Source: Pseudomonas aeruginosa (GTDB lineage Bacteria; Pseudomonadota; Gammaproteobacteria; Pseudomonadales; Pseudomonadaceae). Taken from it: a stretch of 32,000 nucleotides of DNA. The position numbers and the translations under genes were made by a program. Below are positions 1 to 11,000 of the stretch, piece after piece (the stretch's first letter is position 1; each line of letters opens with the position of its first letter). A model generated the notes under the pieces. The model ran no database searches. It had not been told where the DNA came from and worked only from the letters and a program-made list of their open reading frames with translations. Where the stretch lies: NCBI RefSeq assembly GCF_001457615.1, contig NZ_LN831024.1, positions 5,970,001 to 6,002,000 on the forward strand. Reading direction: 5' to 3'.

Positions 1-338
1 TCCGCAGCCCGCCGCAAATGACGCAGCGCCTGCGGCCAGTTGCCTTCGCCGAGATCGCGCAGGCCGCTGTGCTCGGCCATCTGCACGCGACGCCGGCGGT
101 TGTAGCGCGACCAGGGGTTGACCACCCGCCCCGAGCTGCCGAGCAGGCGCAGGACCAGGCGCACCAGCACCACCAGCAGCCAGACCACCGCCAGCAGGGC
201 GAGGAACGACCACAGGCTGGATTCGTAACGGAAGCTCTTGTAGGCGATCAGCACATAGCCGGCCTGCTCGGAGATCGCCAGCCCAACCAGCGTGGCGACC
301 AGCACCACCGCCAGAACCAGGAGGTAGATGCGTCTCAT
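1..338 (-). CDS. hemY: HemY-like protein, N-terminal part (partial; gene continues past window start)
   Basis: Manual minus-strand translation from the ATG at 338 gives MRRIYLLVLAVVLVATLVGLAISEQAGYVLIAYKSFRYESSLWSFLALLAVVWLLVVLV..., two N-terminal TM helices typical of HemY_N. ATGA overlap with the hemX stop (335-338). Lies downstream of hemC-hemD-hemX. Not in the ORF track because it is open at the window edge. Confidence 0.75.
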   Translation of the reverse strand, partial: MRRIYLLVLAVVLVATLVGLAISEQAGYVLIAYKSFRYESSLWSFLALLAVVWLLVVLVRLVLRLLGSSGRVVNPWSRYNRRRRVQMAEHSGLRDLGEGNWPQALRHLRRAA

Positions 339-1465
339 GGACGGCCCTCCGTGGCCGGAGCCGCCTGCGCCTCGGGCACCAGGTTGCCGGCGGCCTCGCG
401 GCGCGACACGTAGGACTGCAAGGCGCTCAGGGCCGGTGCGAGGTCAGGGACCTGCACGGTGACCGGCTGCTTCGCCAACTCATCGATACGCAACTTCAAC
501 GCGCGGCTGTCGGCCAGCTCTACGTTGAAATAGCCGTCCAGCACGTCCTGGGCCTGCTTCAGCGCCTGCTCGTAGACTTCCTGCTTGCCATTCAGCGCCG
601 CCCACTGGGCTTGCTCCAGGGCCAGGCCGATGGTCAGGCGCACCTGCGCCAATTGCTCGCCGGCCAGCAGCGGACGAATGTCCTGGCCGGCATTGAAGTC
701 GATGCGGATGTAGCGCGAGATCTTCTCCCACCACAGCTCCCAGGTGCTGTTGCCGTCGCCCCAGGCGACATTGCTGGCACCGCTTTCGCCTTCCTTGAAG
801 GTCGGCGTGAGCGGTTGCAACTGGTTGACCTGCTCGCGCAACGCCGCCAGTTGCACGAACAGCCCGGTACGGTCCGGCTCCGGCAACGCACGCAGGGCCT
901 CGAGGCTGGCCGCCAGCTTGGCGCGGGCGGCATAGGCGCCGGGATCGTTCTGCGCGCGCAGGATGTCATCAGCGCCCTGCACCAGTTCGGTGGCGCTGCC
1001 CACGTCCTGCAAGGCGGACAGGCGCAGGCTGGCCAGGCGCAGCAGGTGTTCGGCCTCGGCCAGTCGCCATTGCTGGCGGCTCTGGCCGAGGACCTTCTTC
1101 AGTTGCTCGCTGAGATGCTGCTGGTCGCCCTGCAGCTCCACCACAAGGCGTCGCCGGGCCTCCAGTTCGTCCGCGGTAGGCAAAGCGTCCAGGCGGGCAG
1201 CCAGTTGCTGGTTACGCTGGGCCAGGGATTCGGTCTTGCCACGGGCATCTTCCAGCTGCGCCAGTTGGTCGCGCTCGGTGCCCTGCAACTGCTGGACCTG
1301 CCAGAAGCTCCAGCCACCCGCGCCGAGTCCCGCCACGCCAACCAGCAGGGCGAGCAACGCCAGGCCGGTGGCGGTACCGGAACGCCTGGATGCATCGGGT
1401 GCAACGGGAGAAGGGGTGGAAGTGGAAGTTCTTGCGTCGTCTTGGGGAGTGACTGCTTCGCTCAC
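335..1465 (-). CDS. hemX: HemX-like membrane protein (uroporphyrinogen-III methyltransferase-like family)
   Basis: 376-aa ORF with one N-terminal TM segment (GLALLALLVGVAGLGAGGW) followed by a long Q/L/A/R-rich coiled-coil region. Sits between hemD and hemY as in the gammaproteobacterial hemCDXY operon. Confidence 0.8.
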   Translation of the reverse strand: MSEAVTPQDDARTSTSTPSPVAPDASRRSGTATGLALLALLVGVAGLGAGGWSFWQVQQLQGTERDQLAQLEDARGKTESLAQRNQQLAARLDALPTADELEARRRLVVELQGDQQHLSEQLKKVLGQSRQQWRLAEAEHLLRLASLRLSALQDVGSATELVQGADDILRAQNDPGAYAARAKLAASLEALRALPEPDRTGLFVQLAALREQVNQLQPLTPTFKEGESGASNVAWGDGNSTWELWWEKISRYIRIDFNAGQDIRPLLAGEQLAQVRLTIGLALEQAQWAALNGKQEVYEQALKQAQDVLDGYFNVELADSRALKLRIDELAKQPVTVQVPDLAPALSALQSYVSRREAAGNLVPEAQAAPATEGRP

Positions 1466-1491
1466 AGGTCCATCCTTTGGTCAAGAAAGTT

Positions 1492-2247
1492 CTAGGCGGC
1501 GCTCGTCAGGGCCGCCAGCAAGGCCGGCGCGCTCGCGCCCCGGCAATCAATCACCCGTTGCGCACCCAGTTCGCGCGCCATCTCGGCGACCCGCGGGCTG
1601 GGTACGAACAGCGGCAACCGGCCTATCTCGGGCCAATCGGCTGCCGCCAACTGATACAGATTTTGCAAACCCTGTCCACTGCTGACCACCAGGCCGTTCA
1701 GGCGTTCCGCCCGCACCCTTGCCAGCAGCTCTCCGGCCGGATAGTCCGGAGCCCGGCGCCGGTAGAGTGGCAGGTAGTCCACCTGCACGCCTTGGCCGCG
1801 CAGGCGCTCGGCGAGGAATTCTCGGCCACCTTCGCCGCGCATGATCAGCACTTTCGGATCGTGCACGCGCAGGGAATCCTGGAACGCCGGCAGCGCCAGC
1901 AACGCTTCGCTGTCGTCGCCCTGTTCAGGGTAGGTTACGTCGAGGCCGTAGGCCTCGAGGATCGCCGCGGTCGCCGCGCCGACGCTGCACCAGGTCTGCT
2001 GCGGCGGCTGCGGCCAGTAGCGGTCGAGCCGCTCCAGCCCCAGGCGCGCCGCCGGCTTGCTGACCACCACCACCGCGCAGTAGCGGTCCAGGTCGAGCAT
2101 CAGCGTACGCTGCTCCGGGGTTTCTTCCAGCGGATCGATCGCCAACAGCGGCAGGCTGCTGCTATGGACGCCCGCCTCGCCGAGGCTGGCGGCCAGGGCC
2201 GCGCACTCCTCGTCGGGGCGCGTCAGCAGGAGCCGCCAGCCGCTCAC
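1492..2247 (-). CDS. hemD: uroporphyrinogen-III synthase
   Basis: 251-aa ORF with a 4-bp overlap with the hemC stop (2244-2247). Size and position are typical of HemD. Confidence 0.85.
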   Translation of the reverse strand: MSGWRLLLTRPDEECAALAASLGEAGVHSSSLPLLAIDPLEETPEQRTLMLDLDRYCAVVVVSKPAARLGLERLDRYWPQPPQQTWCSVGAATAAILEAYGLDVTYPEQGDDSEALLALPAFQDSLRVHDPKVLIMRGEGGREFLAERLRGQGVQVDYLPLYRRRAPDYPAGELLARVRAERLNGLVVSSGQGLQNLYQLAAADWPEIGRLPLFVPSPRVAEMARELGAQRVIDCRGASAPALLAALTSAA

Positions 2248-3185
2248 GGATGTCCGGCCTCGCCGTAGACGGCTTCGAGAATCGCTTCGGCGCCCTGCTC
2301 CAGCAGGTCCTCGGCCACCCGCACGCCCAGCGCCTCGGCTTCCGCCAGTGGCGCCCGCCCCTCGGCGCGCAGCAACTGGGTGCCATCAGGCTGGCCGACC
2401 AGGCCGCGCAGCCACAGTTGGTCGCCCTCGCGGATGGCGTAGCAGGCGATCGGCACCTGGCAACCGCCGTTGAGCCGCTTGTTCAGCGCGCGCTCGGCAG
2501 TGACCCGCAGAGCCGTGTCGGTATGGTGCAAGGGTTCCAGCAAGGCATGCAGGTCGCTGTCGGCCGTACGGCATTCGATGCCGACGGCGCCTTGTCCGCC
2601 GGCGGGCAGGCTGTCGTCGACACTGATCGAGGAGCGGATGCGCGACTCGAAGCCGAGGCGGATCAGGCCGGCGGCGGCGAGGATGATCGCGTCGTATTCG
2701 CCGGCATCCAGCTTGGCCAGGCGGGTATTGACGTTGCCTCGCAGGAAACGGATCTGCAGGTCCGGCCGGCGCGCCAGCAGCTGCGCCTGGCGGCGCAGGC
2801 TGGAGGTGCCGACCACGCTGCCGGCTGGCAGTTGCTCGAGGCTGGCGTAGGTGTTCGAGACGAAAGCGTCACGCGGGTCTTCGCGCTCGCAGATGGTGTA
2901 GAGGCCGAGCCCCTCGGGAAAGTCCATCGGCACGTCCTTCATCGAATGCACCGCGATGTCGGCGGCGCCTTCGAGCAGGGCGGTTTCCAGTTCCTTGACG
3001 AACAGGCCCTTGCCGCCGATCTTCGCCAGCGGTGCGTCGAGCAGCTTGTCGCCGCGACTGGTCATCGGCAGCAGGGTGACGGTCAGGCCAGGATGAGCCT
3101 GCTCCAGGCGCGCCTTGACGTATTCGGCCTGCCACAAGGCGAGGGCGCTCTGGCGAGTGGCGATGCGGATTTCGCGGGACGACAT
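2244..3185 (-). CDS. hemC: porphobilinogen deaminase (hydroxymethylbilane synthase)
   Basis: The ORF track gives 2244..3215. I trimmed it to the internal ATG at 3185 ([23 protein letters not shown]...), which gives 313 aa. The N-terminus and the body of the protein are typical of HemC. Confidence 0.95.
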   Translation of the reverse strand: MSSREIRIATRQSALALWQAEYVKARLEQAHPGLTVTLLPMTSRGDKLLDAPLAKIGGKGLFVKELETALLEGAADIAVHSMKDVPMDFPEGLGLYTICEREDPRDAFVSNTYASLEQLPAGSVVGTSSLRRQAQLLARRPDLQIRFLRGNVNTRLAKLDAGEYDAIILAAAGLIRLGFESRIRSSISVDDSLPAGGQGAVGIECRTADSDLHALLEPLHHTDTALRVTAERALNKRLNGGCQVPIACYAIREGDQLWLRGLVGQPDGTQLLRAEGRAPLAEAEALGVRVAEDLLEQGAEAILEAVYGEAGHP

Positions 3186-3293
3186 GGGATATTCCGTGCA
3201 CAGGGATGCGCCCATGATAACAGTTCGAACCCGAGTGCGCGGACGCTGGGCCCGATAGCCGCACCCGGGTCGCTGGCGAACCGCCGACCGCCG

Positions 3294-4039
3294 TCAGAGC
3301 TGATGCATCAGACGCCTGACCCCGGCCACGTGCCGCCGGCTGACGGTCAGTGCATCGCCGTCGAGGCCTTTCAGGTAGAGCTGGAAATGCCCCAGCGGCG
3401 TACGCTGCAGGCGTTCGATCCGTTCGCGGGCGACCAGCGCGTTGCGGTGGATGCGCACGAAGCGCTCGCCGAACTCGTCTTCCAGCGCCTTCAACGGCTC
3501 GTCCAGCAGCACCTCGCCCTGCGCATGGCGCAAGGTCACGTACTTGTGGTCGGCAATGAAGAAGATCACCTCTTCCAGCGGGATCAGCTCGATCCCCTTG
3601 CGGGTCCGTGCACTGATGTGGCTGCGCGGACCGCTGCCGCCGGAGGCCGGGGCTTGGTCAGCGCGGCCAGTTGCACGCGGTTCGGTCGCGAGGCTTTCTT
3701 CAACGCCTCGGCCAGGTCTTCGCTGCGCACCGGCTTGACCAGGTAGCCCACGGCGCTGACCTGGAAGGCTTCCAGGGCGAATTCGTCATGGGCCGTGCAG
3801 AAGATCACAGCCGGCGGCGCTTCCCGCTCGCAGAGTCTGGCCGCGACCTGGAGGCCGTCCAGACCGGGCATGCGGATATCCAGCAGGACGATATCGGGCT
3901 TGAGGCTGTCGATCAGCGTCAGCGCTTCTTCGCCATTGCTGGCCGAGGGCTCGAGGACGCGATAGCCGTCCAGTTGCCCTACCAATCGGGCCAGGCGCTC
4001 TCGCGCCAGAGGTTCGTCATCGACAATCAGGACATTCAT
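3294..4039 (-). pseudogene. algR: algR, LytTR-family response regulator, disrupted by a 1-nt frameshift
   Basis: The receiver domain (MNVLIVDDEPLARERL...DIRMPGLDG...) starts at ATG 4039 and runs into a stop at 3584 after an out-of-frame tail (..ALTKPRPPAAAVRAATSVHGPARGSS). The LytTR domain (..IFFIADHKYVTLRHAQGEVLL..RIHRNALV..) continues in another frame to the stop at 3294. The ATG-to-stop span is 746 nt, one short of the 747 nt needed for 248 codons plus stop. Frame is restored by adding one base at 3647-3652 (ccgggg). Confidence 0.85.
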
Positions 4040-4043
4040 AAGC

Positions 4044-5120
4044 TCAGGCTTCCTGCATGAGTCGCGCACATGGATAGCGTAGACAGGTGTAGTGCCGTCC
4101 GTCACGGCGCTCGACGCTGAGACTCGCTTTAGGCCCGAAAAGTGCCCCAAGTCGTGCATCGATATTGTGTAACGCCTGTCGCGTGCCTTTCGACGGGGGC
4201 GACTCGAGCGCCTCGTCGTAGGGGTTGCTCACACATAGCTGGAACACTCCTTCACGATAAACCGCCTCGACCTGCACCAGGCCACCTTCGACCCGCGGCT
4301 GGATGCCATAGATAAGCGCATTTTCCAGCAGCGGCTGCAAGGTCAGTTGGGGGATCGGCAGGTTGGCCGGCACCCCGTGCACCTGCCAGTCCAGTTGCAG
4401 GCGATCGCCAAGACGATACTGCTCAATGGAAAGATAGCGCCTTGCCAGCGCCAGTTCCTCCTCCCAGGAAACTAAAGTGCCGGGCTTCGCCAGGCTGGCC
4501 CGGAACAGGTCGGACAGGTCCAGCACCGCATGCTCGGCCTTCAGCGGGTCCAGCTCGATCAGGCTGGCGATGCTGTTCAGGCTGTTGAACAGGAAGTGCG
4601 GGCGAATCCGCGCCTGCAGCGATTCCAGGCGCGCCTGCAACTCGGCCTGCTGCTGCCGGCGCCACTGGCTCTGCAGGTAAAAGTAGCGCAGCACCAGGGC
4701 GGACATGATCAGCGCGATCAGCGCGTGCCGCAGATACAGATTGACCTCGCCGGCACGCGTCAGTTCTCCGCCCAGCTGATAGTGCTCGGCGACCGCCGTG
4801 CAGCCCAGGGTGAGGGCCACCACCAACAGGCAGCAGGCACTCCCCGCCAGCGCCACCGGCAGGCGTGCGAGCAATGGCCGCAGGCGGCAGAACAGCGCCG
4901 CCGAGAGCAGTACGATCCACTGCACGAACAGCGACGCCAGGGCCAGGCGCACCCAGTTGAAGCTCGGCGTCATCGGCTCCGCCAGCACCAGCACGAGCAC
5001 CAGCAGCTCCGCCAGCAGCACCAGGGTGAACAGGGCTTCGGCTTCGCAGAGCTCGGGAATGAAGAAGTCGTCTTGGACGGCCGGCCGGGTCGAGCGGCCG
5101 GGCTTGAATCGGATAGGCAT
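4044..5120 (-). CDS. algZ: sensor histidine kinase AlgZ/FimS (LytS/HisKA_3-type, cognate to AlgR)
   Basis: The track ORF 4044..5279 was trimmed to ATG 5120 ([31 protein letters not shown]...), giving 358 aa. It has several N-terminal TM helices and then the [12 protein letters not shown] histidine-kinase motif. It ends 4 nt before the algR start. Confidence 0.9.
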   Translation of the reverse strand: MPIRFKPGRSTRPAVQDDFFIPELCEAEALFTLVLLAELLVLVLVLAEPMTPSFNWVRLALASLFVQWIVLLSAALFCRLRPLLARLPVALAGSACCLLVVALTLGCTAVAEHYQLGGELTRAGEVNLYLRHALIALIMSALVLRYFYLQSQWRRQQQAELQARLESLQARIRPHFLFNSLNSIASLIELDPLKAEHAVLDLSDLFRASLAKPGTLVSWEEELALARRYLSIEQYRLGDRLQLDWQVHGVPANLPIPQLTLQPLLENALIYGIQPRVEGGLVQVEAVYREGVFQLCVSNPYDEALESPPSKGTRQALHNIDARLGALFGPKASLSVERRDGRHYTCLRYPCARLMQEA

Positions 5121-5344
5121 CGACAGAGTTTCCGCAAGGCCCGTGGCGCCCGCAAGACAGCCGCGGGCGTATGGGCGAAATAAAGCACCGAAATGCCATC
5201 TGCCGCAAAAAACCGCGAAACAGCGCTCGTTCCGGCTTCGTCGACGAGCCGCCGGTTTTTCCTCCCGGCCTGCTATCATCGTCGCACTTTGCCCGTCACG
5301 CAGGCCGCGCGGCCTGTCCGTTTCTTGTTGCAGCGAGAGATACC

Positions 5345-6739
5345 ATGAGCGTAGAGAAGACCAACCAGTCCTGGGGCGGCCGCTTCAGCGAGCCCGTCGA
5401 CGCCTTCGTCGCCCGTTTCACCGCCTCCGTCGACTTCGACAAGCGTCTCTACCGCCACGACATCATGGGTTCCATCGCCCACGCCACGATGCTGGCCAAG
5501 GTCGGCGTGCTGAGCGACGCCGAGCGCGATGCGATCGTCGACGGCCTGCAACAGATCCAGGCGGAAATCGAAGCCGGCAGCTTCGACTGGCGCGTCGACC
5601 TGGAAGACGTGCACATGAACATCGAGGCGCGCCTGACCGACCGCATCGGCGTCACCGGCAAGAAGCTCCACACCGGCCGCTCGCGCAACGACCAGGTGGC
5701 CACCGACATCCGCCTCTGGCTACGCGACGAGATCGACACCATCCTCGCCGAGATCACCCGCCTGCAGGAGGGCCTGCTGGGCCTGGCCGAAGCGGAAGCC
5801 GACACCATCATGCCCGGTTTCACCCACCTGCAGACCGCCCAGCCGGTGACCTTCGGCCACCACCTGCTGGCCTGGTTCGAGATGCTCGGCCGAGACTACG
5901 AGCGCCTGGTCGACTGCCGCAAGCGGGTCAACCGCATGCCGCTCGGCTCGGCGGCCCTGGCCGGCACCACCTACCCGATCCAGCGCGAGATCACCTGCCA
6001 GTTGCTGGGCTTCGACGCGGTTGGCGGCAACTCCCTGGACGGCGTCTCCGACCGCGACTTCGCCATCGAATTCTGCGCCGCCGCCAGCCTGGCGATGATG
6101 CACCTGTCGCGCTTCTCGGAAGAGCTGGTGCTGTGGACCAGCGCGCAGTTCCAGTTCATCGACCTGCCCGACCGCTTCTGCACCGGCTCCTCGATCATGC
6201 CGCAGAAGAAGAACCCCGACGTGCCGGAGCTGGTACGCGGCAAGTCCGGCCGGGTGTTCGGCGCCCTCACCGGCTTGCTGACCCTGATGAAGGGCCAGCC
6301 GCTGGCCTACAACAAGGACAACCAGGAAGACAAGGAACCGCTGTTCGACGCCGCCGACACCCTGCGCGATAGCCTGCGCGCCTTCGCCGACATGGTCCCG
6401 GCGATCCGGCCCCGGCGCGAGATCATGCGCGAGGCGGCACGCCGCGGTTTCTCCACCGCCACCGACCTGGCGGACTACCTGGTGCGCAAGGGCCTGCCGT
6501 TCCGCGACTGCCACGAGATCGTCGGCCACGCAGTGAAGTACGGCGTAGACAGCGGCAAGGACCTCGCCGAGATGAGCCTCGACGAACTGCGCCGCTTCAG
6601 CGAGCAGATCGACGCCGACGTCTTCGACGTGCTGACCCTGGAAGGCTCGGTCAACGCCCGCGACCATATCGGCGGCACCGCGCCGAACCAGGTCCGTGCC
6701 GCCGTCGCCCGCGGCAGAAAACTGCTGGCACAGCGCTGA
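5345..6739 (+). CDS. argH: argininosuccinate lyase
   Basis: The track ORF was trimmed to ATG 5345 ([22 protein letters not shown]...), giving 464 aa. Contains the fumarate-lyase signature [12 protein letters not shown]. Confidence 0.97.
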   Translation: MSVEKTNQSWGGRFSEPVDAFVARFTASVDFDKRLYRHDIMGSIAHATMLAKVGVLSDAERDAIVDGLQQIQAEIEAGSFDWRVDLEDVHMNIEARLTDRIGVTGKKLHTGRSRNDQVATDIRLWLRDEIDTILAEITRLQEGLLGLAEAEADTIMPGFTHLQTAQPVTFGHHLLAWFEMLGRDYERLVDCRKRVNRMPLGSAALAGTTYPIQREITCQLLGFDAVGGNSLDGVSDRDFAIEFCAAASLAMMHLSRFSEELVLWTSAQFQFIDLPDRFCTGSSIMPQKKNPDVPELVRGKSGRVFGALTGLLTLMKGQPLAYNKDNQEDKEPLFDAADTLRDSLRAFADMVPAIRPRREIMREAARRGFSTATDLADYLVRKGLPFRDCHEIVGHAVKYGVDSGKDLAEMSLDELRRFSEQIDADVFDVLTLEGSVNARDHIGGTAPNQVRAAVARGRKLLAQR

Positions 6740-6882
6740 AGTCGCGCCCAGTGCCCGGCAGATCTTCCTGTCCTACCCGAGACTTGATCACACGGCGGGA
6801 CAGGAACGCCCTTGTAGATCGACAGCCACTCTAGTGAAAGTCCTTCTTCGCTAACCGGTCGCAATGGCGGAATAACTCAGCA

Positions 6883-8088
6883 TCAGTGCTCATCATTGAA
6901 ATCATCGGCCCTGGGCGTGGCAAAAATGCCCTTGGCTTCCTGGCGCCGGTAATAGGCTTCGATGCTTAGCCCGGGATCGATGCGCGCCCTGACGATGCAG
7001 GGCTGCTGTTGCCAGGGATACTCATGCAGGCGTCGGTCCAGCTCCTTGCGCTCCTTGGCTGGCCAGCCCTGGTAGGTGCGCTGGCGCCAGTAATGGGGAT
7101 CGCGTCCGGTATGCCGATCATGCTCGGCGGTGACCGGATCCAAGGGGCGGCTCGGCTCCAGGACCGGCAGGTCGGGCAACGGCTGGGTCACGTCCATGTA
7201 GCGTTGCAGGCAGTCCCAGAAGGCCAGGGCATTGACCTTGTCGAGACCGAGGGAGTGGACGCGGGTGGCCAGACAGACCTTGTTGTCGGTATAGCGGTGA
7301 TGCAACCAGAGCGCATAGTCGTGGCTGCCGTAGCCACTGGGCAGCAATTGCAGCACCGGATCGAACTCGTCGAAGGGAGCGACGAACAGGCGGCGGAAGC
7401 GACGCTTGAAGCGGAGCATGCCGTCCAGGCGATTGAATTCACTGCCATCTTGCTTGAAGACTTTGCTGTAGAGCCAAAGGATGGCGCTGAAGCCGACTGC
7501 ACCCATAAAATAAGTAGCTACGCCTATCCAAATTGCTATTTGCAAACCATTGGTTCCAAATATTGTTCCATACTGGTACAAAGCCAATGGGATTGAAAAT
7601 AAAAAACCCGACATCTGAATAACGTGAAGATATTTTTTATTCGAAAGAAAGGCCACCATGGATATTACTGAAACAGCCACCACAAAGAATGAGCAAACCA
7701 AGGTGTAGAGTTGCTGTATGTCCCTCCTCCACTCTCCGGTGGCTTCTCCCATTATGCCAATTCCCAAAGCAATCCATACAAAAAAATAGCACAGCATCCT
7801 AAGCGTGAATATTATATAAGGAATTCTGCTAGAGTTCTGGAACTGCCAACGCATAGAGTTGCAATATGCCTCAGCACCTCCAACCTCTGACTTATCCTCA
7901 GCCCCGATCGAAAGCTGCCCTACAATCTCCATTTCCGGATCTAGATTGGCATAGTTCCCAAAGGCAAGATGGGTGTCAAAAATACCATTACGGTTAGACT
8001 CCTCCTTCCACCTTGGCGGCGGTAAAGAGTCGTTGACTTCACTGCGATAAGCACTGGCTGAGTACGTGGCATCCATGTGTACAGTCAT
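6883..8088 (-). CDS. polytopic inner-membrane protein, candidate immunity protein for the upstream T6SS effector
   Basis: 401-aa ORF whose ATG (8088) overlaps the effector stop (tcat at 8085-8088). Four hydrophobic helices at about aa 89-207 and a W/H/R/Y-rich C-terminal domain of about 190 aa. It is the last gene of the hcp-vgrG-effector string. Its 5' half has low GC. Confidence 0.7.
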   Translation of the reverse strand: MTVHMDATYSASAYRSEVNDSLPPPRWKEESNRNGIFDTHLAFGNYANLDPEMEIVGQLSIGAEDKSEVGGAEAYCNSMRWQFQNSSRIPYIIFTLRMLCYFFVWIALGIGIMGEATGEWRRDIQQLYTLVCSFFVVAVSVISMVAFLSNKKYLHVIQMSGFLFSIPLALYQYGTIFGTNGLQIAIWIGVATYFMGAVGFSAILWLYSKVFKQDGSEFNRLDGMLRFKRRFRRLFVAPFDEFDPVLQLLPSGYGSHDYALWLHHRYTDNKVCLATRVHSLGLDKVNALAFWDCLQRYMDVTQPLPDLPVLEPSRPLDPVTAEHDRHTGRDPHYWRQRTYQGWPAKERKELDRRLHEYPWQQQPCIVRARIDPGLSIEAYYRRQEAKGIFATPRADDFNDEH

Positions 8089-11000
8089 ACGTTGAACTCA
8101 CTGTTCTCTATCAACCAATAAGGTGGCGCAGCATGGGGGCCCAAGTCGTCCGGGGGAAGGTACCGATTGGCGGATGTGAATGCACTCCAACTCTTCGGGC
8201 TGGGTTGAGGCAGGACAAGCCGCTGCTCAGGCTGGTCGGCATTGAGTTCGAACTGTGCGCTGATCTTCAAACCCTGGGTCATGCGCATGCTATAGCGGGC
8301 CCGAGGAGACAACTGCGGAATCGGCAGGCTGGCCGGCAGCACATAGAGCACGCTGGCAGCATCCAACGGCAAGGCTTCGAGCTTGGCGGGGCCCGCGGGG
8401 ACCCGATGGTAGCGCTTGACGCCGAACAGGGTGCCCGGATCGATCGGCAAGCTGCTGAGAAACTCCTGGGCCACCAGGCGGAACGCCTTCTGGCCATTCT
8501 CGAACATGGCCAGGAGCGGGGAACTCAGCACCACGGCCCAATCGTTTGCCTCCAGCGCCTGCAACTTGGGGTCGATGCAGGATAGCGCAGTGCGGCTGAC
8601 CGCTTGGCGACCCCGTTCCGCTTCCTGCAAGACAGATCGATGCGCCGCCGGCGCCAATTTGCGCCAGTCTTCCAGGCGATGGACAAAGACCCGCGGATGG
8701 CCGAGGACTCCCAGCAATTGGCGATAGGCCGTTTGCGGGTCTTTCAGATGGGCGAAGCGCTGGTCCTGGCCCATCAGCGAATCGAGCAGGCCAGCCTCGG
8801 CGAATTGCCGGCCGAAGGGGCCTTTCTTTACGATGGTTTCCGCATCGCTGTCAGTCAGTAGATTAGCGACCACAGTGCCTCCGATCGCCAAAACCGCACC
8901 AGCCAGCAAAGCATAAGGGTTTACTATCCATCCTAGGACGTAGGCACCCCAAAGGCCCCCACCCACTGCGGCCACACCGTAGGCCGCAGCCGCATCGCTA
9001 TCTCCCTGCCTCAAAGCTCGGTAGCCATCCCATACACTGATGCCTGCACCGAATAGTGTGGCTGCGCCACCAAGCCCACGTAGCAACCCTAACTTAGGGC
9101 TGCCTGTTTGAACTTCTAGATTCCTGGCCCATCGAGGGGATATTTGGGCTACCGATATACGTGGGGTTTCTAGATACTTTGCAGTAGATGGTCCGAAAAG
9201 CAGCTTTGCATGGCTTCCTCCAGCGGCTGTTAAATCGATTACTGCACCGACAGCCCCGATCGTCCCTCTGTGCTTTTCTCCACTGTCTACAAAGCCACTG
9301 TATGCCTGCACCTGCACATTCAAGTTATAAATCGCAAACCCCAGCATCATCGTCGGCACGATGCGAGTGTTCTCCATCACCTGGGTCAACGTGCCTAACT
9401 GCGTACGGAATTTCGTGTAGGCAAGCAGGTCCGGGTGATCCTTGGGTACCGCCACCACCATGACGTTGCGCAGGTTGGCGCGACTCATGCCGGTGTCGCG
9501 GGGACTGGTGCCGGCCAGGGGATTGCCGGCACCGTCCTGAACGATGGCGCGCCGATAGCTCTTGCGCCTCAGCTCCTGGCGCTCGACCTCGGTCAGACCG
9601 TTGCGCAGGCCGGCTCCGCGCACGCCGACGACAACCATGTCGAGCGGCACCTGACTGTCGGGCAGCAGGCGGATACCTTTCATCTTCACCGAGAGGGCGC
9701 TCAGAGTATTGAAGGTCGGTGCGAACAAGCGGTCGAGCTGGATCTGGGTGGCGCCCTGGGACAGCCGGCCGAGTTGCTCGACTACGCTGGCGCCGAACAC
9801 GTCCAGCAGGTCGCCGAGGAAGTAGGCGAGGCTCTTGCCGGCGCTGGGCTGGTCGACCTCGCCCAGCAGACTGGCTCCCAGCATCAGCGTGCTGAGGCCC
9901 ATTGCGTCGGGGTCCGGCGTCCGCGGGCTATCGCGCAGCGCCTGCAGGCGCCGAACCGGCTCGGGAAGTTGTCCTTCGTCCTTGGCCAGGAGCATGGCGC
10001 CAAGCGGGTGGCTTGCCTGCAGAACCGTGCTGACCACCCGCTCGACATGTGCCGCCAGCGCCCGGTAGGCGGTACCGCTGTACAGTGCGTCGCAGCGGTC
10101 GGGAAGCTGGTTCAGCGCAGCCAGTGCCTCGCTCATCAGGCTGTAGGGCTCCAGCAGGGCTTCGTCGCACTGGTGGGTCCAGTCCTGCAACACCGGGTGC
10201 AAGGGGCCTTCCAGCAGGGCAACCAGATGCTCGACCTGCTGCGTCAGGTGGATTCGGCAAGACTGTCGCTCCTCGGCGAAGATCGCCTCGTCCAGTTCGG
10301 CCTGATCGACCTCGCCCCTGAGCTTGGCGAGCGGGCCGTCGAGCATGTTGCTCAGCACCTGTGCATAGCGTCCGTTGGGACGGTGCGGCAGCAGTGCATT
10401 GAGGCTGCGCAAGTAGGCGGCGCAGTGGCGCGCCTGCGCCGCAGCGTGGCGCAAGGCGAACAGCGAGTCGTCGAGCATCAGCCCGATGAGGTTGGGATGG
10501 CCACGCAGCTTGAGGGTTTCCAGTACGTCCTCTCCGGCTTCCAGAGTAGGTAGCGCAGAGGGCGGAGCCTGCTTCAGCAGGGGCGCCAATTCCTGCTGGC
10601 GTCGCTGCAACTGGCACACCAGCGACTCTTCGCGAAAGGCGGCGAACGCAGGTGTGAATTCCGCCGGGTCTTCCAGCGCGCTCTCGACGTTGAAGTCGCG
10701 AGGTCGCAAACCCTGGGCGTGATGATCAATGACCAGCGCGGGTTGATGGATGGAGGCTTTCCAGTGCTGGTTGGCCACCGAGGCGTTCCAAGCGGACGCC
10801 ATCTGCTGGCAGCGCCGGTTGACCCGCTGCGGGTCCTCCTCCAGCCAGTCGATGTACGACCAAGGCCAGGGAGTTTCGCTATAGGCCATGGTGTAGCGTG
10901 GGATCACGAACTGCCCCTTGACCAGCACCGGCACCAGGATCAGCGCTTGTGTCTTGCCTACGGCCGGACGCTTGTCCGCACGCTGGCTGCGCCCCTGCAG

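Noticed and set aside
6765-6806. Hairpin TTCCTGTCC...GGACAGGAA between the convergent argH and immunity genes, considered as a bidirectional terminator.
   Set aside because: The 9-bp stem encloses a 24-nt loop and has no U-tract on either side. This is too weak to call as a terminator.
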